Source: Thermoanaerobaculia bacterium
GTDB lineage: Bacteria; Acidobacteriota; Thermoanaerobaculia; Multivoradales; Multivoraceae
Assembly: GCA_963666565.1 (NCBI GenBank)
Contig: OY762911.1
Location: forward strand, 4,000,001 to 4,064,000
DNA length: 64,000 nt
Direction of reading: 5' to 3'
In this document: positions 47,501-56,057 of the stretch, piece after piece
Layout of the letters: the number at the start of each line of letters is the position of its first letter
Position numbering within the stretch: position 1 is the stretch's first letter
Translations under genes and position numbers: made by a program
The notes under the pieces: model-generated
Told to the model about the DNA's origin: nothing
Database searches by the model: none
The model's input: the letters and a program-made list of their open reading frames with translations, nothing else

Positions 47501-48100
47501 CTCTACGGCGGCGGTTTCGCGGAGCGCTATCTCGGCTTCGTCGCCGAGGTGGCCGACGCCGAGGAGTCCAGGCTGACGGGCCACACCGCCGTCCGCGAGG
47601 CGGCGGCGCGCTACGGCTTCAAGCTCCTCGCGGTCAAGGACGAGTACGAAGTCGCGCGCCTGTGGCTCCAGGACCCGACCTGGGACCAGGTGGCCCGGGA
47701 CTACGACGGCTCGCTGTCCCGCCAGGTCCTGCTCCACCCGCCGACCCTCCGCCGGTTCGGCTGGAAGCGGAAAATCCGTCTGGGCACCTGGTCGCGCTCG
47801 CTGTTCCGGCTGCTGTACGCCGTGCGCGGGCTTCGCGGCACCGCGCTCGACGTCTTCGGAGGGACCCGGCACCGCCGCCTGGAACGCGGGCTGTTCGACT
47901 GGTACCGCGGCCTGGTCCACGGCGCCCTCGACCGGCTCGACGCGGACTCCGCGCCGCTGGTCGTCGAGGTTGCCGAGATCCCCGACTCGATCCGCGGCTA
48001 CGAGGACGTCAAGGAGCGCACGGTCGCCACGGCCCGGACGCGGGCGAGGCAGCTTCTGGACAGGCTCGACGAGCCGCCGGCCGACTCCCGCGTAGCCTGA
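44546..48100 (+). CDS. Indolepyruvate:ferredoxin oxidoreductase family protein (fused subunits)
   Basis: SGYPGSPLG, FCSGCPHN, GDGT..HS, NSAVAMTGGQ, CEGCGDC, GIGGTGV, GLAQKGG, KDEYEVARL. Confidence 0.92.
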   Translation: MTAFSLDDKYTLTEGRVAITGIQALVRLPMDQHRRDREAGLRVGGFVSGYPGSPLGEYDKQLMRAGRLLADHDVVCQPAINEETAATSIYGAQLLERFPHQRYDGVVGYWYGKTPGVDRTGDAFRHGNFIGTGKHGGVLVLAGDDTACKSSTIPGDSTPSLFDLSIPVLYPGDPAEILEFGLHGIALSRFSGLWTALKVVTNVADGGAVIDLPRTPPPVLPELEVGGRPFQKQLDIRLLPPHSVEIERQIFSERTAAALAYVHANGLDSIRCAGPGDRLGLIAAGKPYRDLRLALRLLGLDEAALDRHGIRVLKLGCIAPIETRRLREFAAGLEEIVVVEDKRGFIEGQVRQTLYNLPDRPLVGGKRTPEGEELFPVHGELEGHQMALILGAYLERRLPGAVPAENLSRLRAGAEHAGMAATLPAALPRTPYFCSGCPHNTSTRLPEGSEVAGGGIGCHAMAMWMDRGIGWVPQMGGEGACWIGLAPFTEQEHVFQNVGDGTYAHSASKAIEACIAADMHMTFRILYNSAVAMTGGQDAVGLLSSMGVAKQLQIQGMKRVVLVTEDLERFPHRDDNGVEIRHRRDYDQVLRELRAIEGPTAVVYDQQCAAEKRRERKRGIQETPSQRVYINPAVCEGCGDCAAKSNCLSVAPLDTEYGRKTQIHQSSCNLDYSCIEGDCPAFMTVDLGAGTKPVRRAAAAPLAEDAVPEPAGKLRENDTFRALLVGIGGTGVVTVDAILVTAALLEGRYAVHLDQTGLAQKGGAVVSNLLLSSEPIDRANKLGEGEADLALSFDLLATVATDNIKRFSRENTAVVANTAGISPAAVITDSSARMPPLDELRKRLALFTDSDRSCFVDAEAATERLLGNSVTGNIFLVGAAYQRGLLPLQARFIEQALVTNGVAVEDNIQAFRYGRLSVADPERFRRAAGLAEPEAPTAAAAVDAARERLDRWAPKLGPELDRLLAGAPRGGALDCLLPGRVADMLLYGGGFAERYLGFVAEVADAEESRLTGHTAVREAAARYGFKLLAVKDEYEVARLWLQDPTWDQVARDYDGSLSRQVLLHPPTLRRFGWKRKIRLGTWSRSLFRLLYAVRGLRGTALDVFGGTRHRRLERGLFDWYRGLVHGALDRLDADSAPLVVEVAEIPDSIRGYEDVKERTVATARTRARQLLDRLDEPPADSRVA

Positions 48101-48167
48101 ATCGCGCCGGAGTCAAAGCTCCTCGCCGCGCCCACGAAGAGGCGACGGGCTGCTACGATCCTCCGCC

Positions 48168-48989
48168 GTGACGAACCGCCGGATCGCTGCCGCCCTCTGC
48201 GTCCTTCCGGCCCTGCTGACGGTGCCGGCCGCCTCGGCGCACGCCCAGGCGACAGCTCACCCGGTGCTGAGCGCCTTCGCGCCCATCGACGACTACATCC
48301 TCGATGTCGATGGTCAGGCCGATTCCGGCGCGAGGCTGTACCTCTCGCAGCGCGCCGCGGCGATGCTGATCCTGAGCGAATCCCTGGGCGAGCCCGTGCT
48401 GCTGTGGGCCCGCACGATGGCCGTGGATCGCTTGCCGGCGACCGACCTTCTGGCCGCCGGCGCCGGCTACGACGTGGTCGCCGAGCCGGCCAAGACCTAC
48501 GTCGGCGAAGCCCAGGCCGACCAAGCCGCGATCTTGCTGCCCCTGGAGGGCCTCGACGCCCGCGTGATCCCCCGACCGCCCCTCGTCGGCGACCGCACTC
48601 TCGGCGAACTGCTGGAGCACTCCCCCGGCTACCGCGTCGGCATGGACGCCTTCGAGCCGAACACCGCGGCGATGGCCGCGCTCCGCGAAGCCGAACCGGC
48701 GCGCGTACGGGTCTTCTTCGGCTCCTGGTGCGGCGTCTGCAAGCGAGTGCTTCCCAACCTGCTCGAGGTCGAGGCGGGTCTGGAAGGCGCCAACCTCACG
48801 TTCGAGTACTACGGCCTGACCGCGCCCCCTGCCGGCTGGGAAGATCCGGAGGTCAAGGCGAACGAAGTGACGGGCCTGCCGATGGCTATCGTCTACCGCG
48901 ACGGTCAGGAAGTCGGCCGCTTCGGCGGTGCAACCGACTTCGCCCAGCCGGCTCAGGCGCTGCAAGTCCTGCTCTCCGGATCCCGCTAG
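48168..48989 (+). CDS. Secreted protein with C-terminal thioredoxin domain
   Basis: Signal peptide (ASAHA); FFGSWCGVC CxxC; GLP..IVYRDGQEVGRF. Confidence 0.8.
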   Translation: MTNRRIAAALCVLPALLTVPAASAHAQATAHPVLSAFAPIDDYILDVDGQADSGARLYLSQRAAAMLILSESLGEPVLLWARTMAVDRLPATDLLAAGAGYDVVAEPAKTYVGEAQADQAAILLPLEGLDARVIPRPPLVGDRTLGELLEHSPGYRVGMDAFEPNTAAMAALREAEPARVRVFFGSWCGVCKRVLPNLLEVEAGLEGANLTFEYYGLTAPPAGWEDPEVKANEVTGLPMAIVYRDGQEVGRFGGATDFAQPAQALQVLLSGSR

Positions 48990-48999
48990 AGGAGAAGAC

Positions 49000-49260
49000 A
49001 ACGATGGCCAAGGAACACGGGAAACAGACCGTCTGAACGACGACCGCTTGAGCCGCATCGGTGACGCTACGATACGGAGGATGAACGATGGCCAAGGAAC
49101 ACGGGAAACAGACCGTCTGAACGACGACCGCTTGAGCCGGATCGGTGACGCTGCGATACGGAGGATGAACGATGGCCAAGGAACACGGGAAACAGACCGT
49201 CTGAACGACGACCGCTTGAGCCGGATCGGTGACGCTGCGATACGGAGGATGAACGATGGC
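49000..49260 (+). repeat. Tandem repeat, 3 x 84 bp plus partial fourth; each unit contains a 10-codon ORF MAKEHGKQTV preceded by an RBS
   Basis: ACGATGGC starts at 49001, 49085, 49169 and 49253; units nearly identical (two substitutions in unit 1). Confidence 0.95.
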
Positions 49261-50551
49261 ATGGGACTTCGAAACAGACGCTGAATTCCAGGACAAGCTG
49301 GACTGGATGGACGAGTTCGTCACCAACGAAATCGAACCGCTCCGCTTCGTCCTCGGCAGCCCCTACGACCTGTCCTGTCCCAAGCGGCAGAAGCTGATCC
49401 CGCCGCTCCAGGAGGAGGTCAAGAAGCGGGCGCTCTGGGCCTGCCACCTCGGTCCCGACCTCGGCGGCCAGGGCTACGGCCAGGTCAAGCTGGCGCTGAT
49501 GAACGAGATCCTGGGCCGGGCGCCGCACGCGCCGATCGTCTTTGGCTGTCAGGCGCCGGATTCCGGCAACGCGGAGATCCTGGCCCACTACGGCACGGAC
49601 GCGCAGAAGGCCCGCTTCCTGCAGCCGCTGCTCGACAACGAGATGGTCTCGGCCTACTCGATGACCGAGCCGCACGGCGGTTCCGACCCGAAGGTGTTCA
49701 CGACCCGCGCCGTCCTCGACGGCGACGAGTGGGTGATCAACGGCGAGAAGTGGTTCTCCTCGAACGCCCGCTACGCCTCCTTCCTCATCGTCATGGTCGT
49801 GACCGATCCGGACGCGCCGCCCTACAACAAGATGTCCATATTCCTCGTGCCGAAGGACACGCCGGGCGTCGAGATCGTCCGCAACGTCGCGGTCGGCGCC
49901 GGCGAGCAGGAGGGCTCGCACGGCTATGTCCGCTACACGGACGTGCGCATCCCCCAGGACCACCTGCTCGGCCAGCGCGGACAGGGCTTCGTGGTCGCCC
50001 AGACCAGGCTGGGCGGAGGCCGCATTCACCACGCAATGCGGACGATCGCCAAGGTCCGTACCGCCTTCGACCAGATGTGCGAGCGGGTGCTCTCCCGCGA
50101 GACCCAGGGCGAACTCCTGGCGCAGAAGCAGCTCGTGCAGGAGAAGATCGCCGACTCCTGGGCGCAGATCGAGCAGTTCCGGCTGTTCGTGCTCCAGACC
50201 GCCTGGAAGATCGACAAGTACAAGGACTACCGGATGGTCCGCAAGGACATCTCGGCGGTCAAGGCGGTCATGCCGAAGGTCTACCTGGACGTCTTCTCGC
50301 GGGCGCTGATGATCCATGGCTCGCTCGGCGTCTCGAACGAGATGCCCTACTCCGCCGGCGTCATCGACTCCTTCCACATGGCCCTGGCCGACGGCCCGAC
50401 CGAGGTCCACAAGATCACCGTGGCGAGGCAGCTCCTTCGCGAGTACGCCGGCACGGACGACCTCTTCCCGACCACCCACCTGCCGAAGCTCCGTCAGGCC
50501 GCGTACGAGAAGTACGCCGAGGCGCTCGAACACGAGGTGGCGGCCAACTGA
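49256..50551 (+). CDS. Acyl-CoA dehydrogenase family protein
   Basis: QAPDSGNAEIL, SMTEP..GSD, VINGEKWFSS, QTRLGGGRIHH, ADGPTEVH. Confidence 0.92.
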   Translation: MAWDFETDAEFQDKLDWMDEFVTNEIEPLRFVLGSPYDLSCPKRQKLIPPLQEEVKKRALWACHLGPDLGGQGYGQVKLALMNEILGRAPHAPIVFGCQAPDSGNAEILAHYGTDAQKARFLQPLLDNEMVSAYSMTEPHGGSDPKVFTTRAVLDGDEWVINGEKWFSSNARYASFLIVMVVTDPDAPPYNKMSIFLVPKDTPGVEIVRNVAVGAGEQEGSHGYVRYTDVRIPQDHLLGQRGQGFVVAQTRLGGGRIHHAMRTIAKVRTAFDQMCERVLSRETQGELLAQKQLVQEKIADSWAQIEQFRLFVLQTAWKIDKYKDYRMVRKDISAVKAVMPKVYLDVFSRALMIHGSLGVSNEMPYSAGVIDSFHMALADGPTEVHKITVARQLLREYAGTDDLFPTTHLPKLRQAAYEKYAEALEHEVAAN

Positions 50552-50592
50552 CGTAGCGTTCCGCCGCGCAAGCTGCTACATTCCCCCTCGCC

Positions 50593-50934
50593 ATGTTGAA
50601 GAACTTCCTGTTTGCGATCGCGTACATCCTCGGCGCGGGTTGGTGGGCCAGTCAAGCCATGGTCGATGCGGCGGCCGGGTCCTGGTGGAACCTCCTCGCC
50701 TTCTTCGCCGTCCTGACCTTCTTCCTGGTCCGCATCGGCTGCATGGGCGGCAGCGAGGAGGACGCCCGGAAGATGGGCAACGTCTTCTCGATCCTCATCG
50801 CCGTGGCCCTGCTGGTCATCGCGGGGATGGGGCTGGCTGGCGGCGACGGAAGCGTCGCGAACGTGGTCTTCGCGCTGCTGTTCTCGGTCGTTGCCGGGCT
50901 CGGCCTGCGCGCGACAGCCGCCGCGCACGCCTAG
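50593..50934 (+). CDS. Small integral membrane protein (about 4 TM), function unknown
   Basis: Four hydrophobic segments; GC3-biased codon usage; -10-like TACATT upstream. Confidence 0.75.
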   Translation: MLKNFLFAIAYILGAGWWASQAMVDAAAGSWWNLLAFFAVLTFFLVRIGCMGGSEEDARKMGNVFSILIAVALLVIAGMGLAGGDGSVANVVFALLFSVVAGLGLRATAAAHA

Positions 50935-51056
50935 CGCTCCGCGTTCGCAGCTTGCCGGCAACTCGCGGTCAGCGCGAGTCTGCAAGCGACAGTGCTACGC
51001 TTCCACCGACGACGCCATCCACCCGGGCTTCCCGGTCACCCGACGGAGAAACGGAC

Positions 51057-51584
51057 ATGCTCCTCGACCTCGCCAAGAACCGCCCACATCTGCTCGTGGC
51101 GGCAGCCGCACTGCTGCTTCTCTTCGCCGGCTGCGCCGCCGGCTCCGAGGACGATCACGCGGACCATGACCACGCGGAAAGCGACATGGACCACGCGGAA
51201 GAAGCGGCCGACGACGGCGCGCCGCGCGTCTACTTCGTGGGGCTGGAGAACCACGCCACGATCCCCAGCCTGATCGACCTGCAGTTCGCGGCCGAGAACT
51301 TCATCATCGAGCCGGTGGGCGACGGCGCGATCAACGAGGGCGCCGGCCACTACCACATCGCCATCGACGGCGAGTGTCTGGAGCCGGGCATCGTGATCCC
51401 GACAGCCGACCCGTGGATCCACTTCGGAGACGGCTCGGACTCGATCGAACTCGAGCTCAGCCCCGGCGAGCACTACCTCTGCCTCCAGATCGGCGACGGC
51501 GAGCACCGCACGCTCGACGAGCCGGGCCTGTCGCAGTACATCATGGTGCACGTCGAGGAAGAGGCCGAGGCGGCGACCGAGTAG
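51057..51584 (+). CDS. DUF4399-like lipoprotein with His/Asp-rich linker
   Basis: Lipobox FAGC; EDDHADHDHAESDMDH; GHYHIAID, IHFGDG, LSPGEH.L.LQIGDGEH. Confidence 0.8.
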   Translation: MLLDLAKNRPHLLVAAAALLLLFAGCAAGSEDDHADHDHAESDMDHAEEAADDGAPRVYFVGLENHATIPSLIDLQFAAENFIIEPVGDGAINEGAGHYHIAIDGECLEPGIVIPTADPWIHFGDGSDSIELELSPGEHYLCLQIGDGEHRTLDEPGLSQYIMVHVEEEAEAATE

Positions 51585-51701
51585 CCCCGCAGCTTCGCGG
51601 CGTCGGACACAACGCGCCCGTCCTGGGTCAGGATGGGCTGGACGTCGGTGCCTGGGCCAGAACCGGAGCCTGCGACAGGTCCGGCGGCGCCAGAGCTGGC
51701 C

Positions 51702-53864
51702 TCAGTCGAAGAAGAACGGGCTCGTCCAGGCCGCGCCGCCGTCGGTCTGGACGACTCGCAGGTAGAGATAGCCGCCGGGCCGGAACTCAGGCAAGGCGAC
51801 GGTCAGGCTGCACTCGCGCTCGCCTTCGGGGCACAGCGCCTCGCCGGCCACGGCGCCGGCGCCGGCCGCTCCCTGGCGGCTGACGACGTCGATGCGCGCG
51901 ATCTCCGCCGGCGCGACCGCGCGGACGACGACCGTGCTCTCCGGCACGCCGGCGATCGGGCCGACCTCGCCGGCGGCGGCTTCGGCCGCCGGAATCGTCG
52001 CGCCGATCGGCCAGCCCGCGTAGCTCGCCCGGACCACGATCCGCGGACCGTTCGTGGCGTAGACGCGGCGCGCCAGGAGCGCCTCGCGGATCCCCTCCCG
52101 GGTCGCCTCGTCGCTCAGGACCGCGGTCACGCCGCCGCTCGGCGACGCCAGGTGCGCCAGGCCCGGATGGCCGTCGTGGCCGTCGCTCGAGCCTGTGAAC
52201 CCCAGCCGGTAGCCGCGGTCGAGGGCGTCGCGCACGAAGTTGCCGTCCACGGCGCCGCGGATCGGCACTCCCGGCGAATCCGCCGCCTCGCTCGACCCGT
52301 GAACGGAGACGATCTCGGTGACCGGCTCCAGCTCGGGCGGCGGCGGCGCGGACCAGTCGGTGGCGATCGGGTCGCCGGCCGAGTGGTGAGCGAAGGTCAG
52401 TACGCGAGCGCCCCGGAACCCGGCCCAGAGTTCCCGAGGCTCGTCGTAGCGCTCGTCGATGGCACTGAGCAGCAGGTCGTCCGCGGCGCCGGCGGCGGGG
52501 CCGTACGTAAGCGAGGCCGACTCCCTCCGATCGTGCGCTTCGCCGCGCTCGACCGGCGCCGCGCCCTGGCCCGCGTCGTCGAAGAACACGACGTGCCGGT
52601 GGCCGTGAACCCAGTTGGTCCACTCATAGCCGGCCAGCGCGACGAAGCGTCCCGCATCGTGCCGGCGAGCGACGGCCTCCAGCGTCCGCCGCCAGATCGA
52701 GGGTTCGCCGTCCATGAAGCGCATGCCCCAGTGGTCGTGGTCGGTCACCGCCGCGGCGTCGAGGGCGGCCACCTCCCGCGCGTAGCGCAGCAGGTCGTTC
52801 GGCGTTGCCGAACCGTCCGAGAGGCCCGAGTGGTTCTGCAGATCGGCCCACAGAATGCGCCGGCCGGCCGGCGAGACGAGGAGAGGGTTGCTTTCCGCCT
52901 CGAAACCGGAATCCAACCCGGCGCCGTCCGCCCTCCCCTCCACCCGCACCACGCCGCCGAGCTCGGCGGAAAGCCTGAGCGGAACGACCAGGCGGCCGCG
53001 GTCCTCGTCCTTCAAGGGCAGAGAGACGACTTGCCGGGAAGCGCCGTCCGAGCCGGGCTCGCCGCCCCAGCGGGACTCGGTGCGCGAACGGATCGTGCGG
53101 AGACGCTCCACGCCGTCGACCCAGACGCCCGCGGGCAGCCGCAGATCGAGCGTGCCGCGAAACGCGGGCCAGCCGTTGCCGGCCGCATCGACCAGGGCTG
53201 CCGCCAGGTCGACCGAGTCGCCGGGCCGCGCCGTCGACGGCAGGTGCAGCAGCAGGCGCGCAGGCGGCCCCGGCAGGACGTCGACGGCTGGGGATTCGGC
53301 GATCAGTTCCCGGATGCCGTCGCCGTCGCCGTCGACAGCCACCCAGAATCGCGACTCCCGCTCCGCGTAGCGGTCGGCCAGCGCGCCCGCCGGGCCGGCG
53401 CCGTAGGTGATCTCGACCTCTTCTCCCGCCGCAAGCGCCCGGCCGCCGACGCCGATGGCGAGCAACTGCTGGTCCAGCGTTTCCGCCGAGAGTTCGACGC
53501 CGACGGCGTCCGTCTCGATCATCGTGTAGCCCAGCGCCCGCGGACGCTCCGTCTGCGGCGTGCTCCAGCCCCAGAAGGGCGACACCTGGAGATGGACGGT
53601 TCCCCCGACCGCCACGCCCTCCGGCCCCGCCCGGTAGACGATTCGCCAGCTTCCCGGACTTCCCGCGACCGCCGGCCCCCTCAAGGCCTCGACGGTGGCG
53701 GCGCCGCCGCCGTCGGCGATCGATCGCGGTCGCAGCAGGTCGGCCCGGAGCTCTTCGACCACGTCGTGACGCGCTGAGCGATCGGGCCACGGGTCGCCCG
53801 ACGGTTCTTCCGGCGCCGACCCACAGGCAATCGCGGCAAGCGCCATCGCCGTAGCCAAGCCCAT
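51702..53864 (-). CDS. DUF3604 / CehA-McbA-like PHP-fold metallohydrolase lipoprotein
   Basis: Lipobox AIAC; WADLQNHSGLSDG, TDHD, GYEWT, GHRHV, GFTGSSDGH, RRVYATNG. Start uncertain. Confidence 0.75.
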   Translation of the reverse strand: MGLATAMALAAIACGSAPEEPSGDPWPDRSARHDVVEELRADLLRPRSIADGGGAATVEALRGPAVAGSPGSWRIVYRAGPEGVAVGGTVHLQVSPFWGWSTPQTERPRALGYTMIETDAVGVELSAETLDQQLLAIGVGGRALAAGEEVEITYGAGPAGALADRYAERESRFWVAVDGDGDGIRELIAESPAVDVLPGPPARLLLHLPSTARPGDSVDLAAALVDAAGNGWPAFRGTLDLRLPAGVWVDGVERLRTIRSRTESRWGGEPGSDGASRQVVSLPLKDEDRGRLVVPLRLSAELGGVVRVEGRADGAGLDSGFEAESNPLLVSPAGRRILWADLQNHSGLSDGSATPNDLLRYAREVAALDAAAVTDHDHWGMRFMDGEPSIWRRTLEAVARRHDAGRFVALAGYEWTNWVHGHRHVVFFDDAGQGAAPVERGEAHDRRESASLTYGPAAGAADDLLLSAIDERYDEPRELWAGFRGARVLTFAHHSAGDPIATDWSAPPPPELEPVTEIVSVHGSSEAADSPGVPIRGAVDGNFVRDALDRGYRLGFTGSSDGHDGHPGLAHLASPSGGVTAVLSDEATREGIREALLARRVYATNGPRIVVRASYAGWPIGATIPAAEAAAGEVGPIAGVPESTVVVRAVAPAEIARIDVVSRQGAAGAGAVAGEALCPEGERECSLTVALPEFRPGGYLYLRVVQTDGGAAWTSPFFFD

Positions 53865-54036
53865 ACGGGCGCGGCCTCTCACATCACTCCGAGAATGCAC
53901 GATTACTCCTCGCGCGGGGACGAGACTTCGAGAATCCGGCTGTCGATCACGGTCAGGTCGTGAGTGCTCATCCGGTTCCTCCGCTTCGCTGGATCCTCTC
54001 ACGAGGCCCTGAGTCGCTGTAGTGTCGCACGCCCGC

Positions 54037-54600
54037 ATGCCCTGCAAGATCGCCTTCATCGGGACCCACGGCGTCGGCAAGACGACCCTCGCCTACGGGC
54101 TCGCCTCGCGCCTCAAGCGTCGCGACGTCAACCTCGACGTCGTGGTCGAGGTCGCGCGCCGCTGCCCCCTCCCCCTGAACGAGGGAACGACCCTGGAGGC
54201 CCAGTCGTGGATCCTCCACTCGCAGATCGCCGAGGAACTGACCGCCGAGGCCCGTTCGCCGGTCGTCATCTGCGACCGCAGCGTCCTCGACAACTACGTC
54301 TACCTCCTGGTAGCCAGCGGCAGCCAGCCGGCGATGGAACCGCTGATCGAGTCCTGGTGCAAGACGTACCGCCTGCTGGTCCACGTGCCGATCCTGCATG
54401 GCAGCGAGGCGCAGGCCGACGGCGTCCGCACCACGGATCCCGCCTTCCGCCGCCAGATCGACGACCGGCTCCGGGACGAGCTGGCGGACCGCCGCATCGA
54501 CGTGCTGGCGCTCCGTTCGGAGCGCCGGGACGGCTGGCTCGACACGGTCGAGGAAGCGGTCGCGAACGAGCTCCGCATTCCCCAGCTCGACCTGCTCTGA
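54037..54600 (+). CDS. P-loop NTPase, AAA_28/NadR-kinase-like
   Basis: KIAFIGTHGVGKTT Walker A; EVAR; ICDRSVLD; DGVR. Confidence 0.8.
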   Translation: MPCKIAFIGTHGVGKTTLAYGLASRLKRRDVNLDVVVEVARRCPLPLNEGTTLEAQSWILHSQIAEELTAEARSPVVICDRSVLDNYVYLLVASGSQPAMEPLIESWCKTYRLLVHVPILHGSEAQADGVRTTDPAFRRQIDDRLRDELADRRIDVLALRSERRDGWLDTVEEAVANELRIPQLDLL

Positions 54601-54724
54601 GCCGTCCCGGACACGCATATACTCACCGCCCGAAAGCGAACCCGAACCGCCAACCGACACGCACCGCGACCGAACCTCCGCGCCCCGGAGGCGCCCCGGT
54701 CGACGCGTCCGACAGGAGCCGCCC

Positions 54725-55891
54725 ATGTCCCGTCCCTTCCTGCGCACCGAACTCTGCGACATGCTGGGGATCGAGTATCCCGTGTTCTCCGCCGGCATGG
54801 GGCCCGTGGCGGGAGGCGCGGAACCCGTCGCCAGGGCCGACCTGGTGGCGGCGGTGTCCGAGGCCGGCGGCCTGGGCGTGATCGGCGGCGTCGCCTACAG
54901 CCCCGAAGACCTGCGCGCCGAGATCGCCAAGGTCCGCGCGAAGACGGACAAGCCGTTCGGCGTCGACCTGCTGCTGGCCACGAACTTCCTGGAGAAGGCG
55001 GGTACGGGACCGACCTCGGCGACCGTGCCGACGCGCGACCTGGTGCCGGCGGAAACGCGCGACGCGCTGCGGAAGATGGCCGAGGGTCTCGGCATCGAAT
55101 GGCTCGAGGCGCCGCCCCCGGCGCCGAGCTGGGCCGTGCCCGAGGGCCAGAGCTACGCCGGCGCCCAGATGGAAGTCCTGCTGGAAGAGAAGATCCCGGT
55201 GTTCGCCTCCGGCCTCGGTTCGCCCGCGCCCTTCGCCAGAGCGCTCAAGGACGCCGGCATCAAGATCGTCTCCCTGGTCGGCAACGCGCGCGCCGCGCGA
55301 CGCGTCGCCGAGGGCGGCGCCGACATCGTCGTCGCCCAGGGCACCGAAGCCGGCGGCCACACCGGCAAGATCGGCACCCTGGCGCTCCTGCCCCAGGTTA
55401 TGGACGCGGTTGCGCCGATTCCGGTCGTCGCCGCGGGCGGCGTCGCCGACGGCCGCGGCCTGGCGGCGGTCATCGCCGCCGGCGCCATCGGCGCCTGGTG
55501 CGGCACCGCCTTCCTGGTTTCGAACGAGGCGAACCAGCCCGCGCTGCAGAAGCAGCGCATCCTGGAGGCCGCCACCGAGGACACGGTGGTCACCCGTCTC
55601 TACAGCGGCAAGACGATGCGGAACATCACGAATCCGTTGATCCAGGCCTGGGAAGCGAGCGGCATCCGGGCGCTGCCGATGGGGCTCCAGGGCGTGCTCA
55701 CCCGCGACCTGCTGCACTCGATCCGCACGGCCGGACGGGACGACCTGCTGATGAACGCCGCCGGCCAGGCCTCCGGCATGCTGCAGAAGACCCGCCCGGC
55801 CAGCGAGATCCTCCACGAGATGGTGGCGGACGCCTCGCACCTGCTGGGCGCGCGGCTTTCGCAACGGGTTCAGGTCCAGGTCGCCGTCTAA
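54725..55891 (+). CDS. Nitronate monooxygenase / FabK-like flavoenzyme
   Basis: VSEAGGLG, KPFGVD, QGTEAGGHTG, AAGGVADGRG, GTAFL, AGQ. Confidence 0.9.
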   Translation: MSRPFLRTELCDMLGIEYPVFSAGMGPVAGGAEPVARADLVAAVSEAGGLGVIGGVAYSPEDLRAEIAKVRAKTDKPFGVDLLLATNFLEKAGTGPTSATVPTRDLVPAETRDALRKMAEGLGIEWLEAPPPAPSWAVPEGQSYAGAQMEVLLEEKIPVFASGLGSPAPFARALKDAGIKIVSLVGNARAARRVAEGGADIVVAQGTEAGGHTGKIGTLALLPQVMDAVAPIPVVAAGGVADGRGLAAVIAAGAIGAWCGTAFLVSNEANQPALQKQRILEAATEDTVVTRLYSGKTMRNITNPLIQAWEASGIRALPMGLQGVLTRDLLHSIRTAGRDDLLMNAAGQASGMLQKTRPASEILHEMVADASHLLGARLSQRVQVQVAV

Positions 55892-55897
55892 GGTGCC

Positions 55898-56028
55898 GGG
55901 TGCGCGGGTCTTCTGACCCGCTCGCGGGCTGTGCCGCGTAGCGGCGCAGCCCCGAAGAGAACCGCCGGCCGGCGAGCGCGCCGAACGGGGCGCCAGGCCG
56001 AGCGGGTCGAAAGACCCGCGCACCCAGC
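55898..56028. repeat. Inverted pair of REP-like palindromes between convergent genes
   Basis: + copy at 55898-55921; - copy at 56002-56028. Confidence 0.85.
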
Positions 56029-56057
56029 GGAAGGCTGCCGACGACGACGGACGCCGT

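Noticed and set aside
49000-49260. CRISPR array
   Set aside because: Units are contiguous near-identical 84-mers with no unique spacers, and no cas genes are present.
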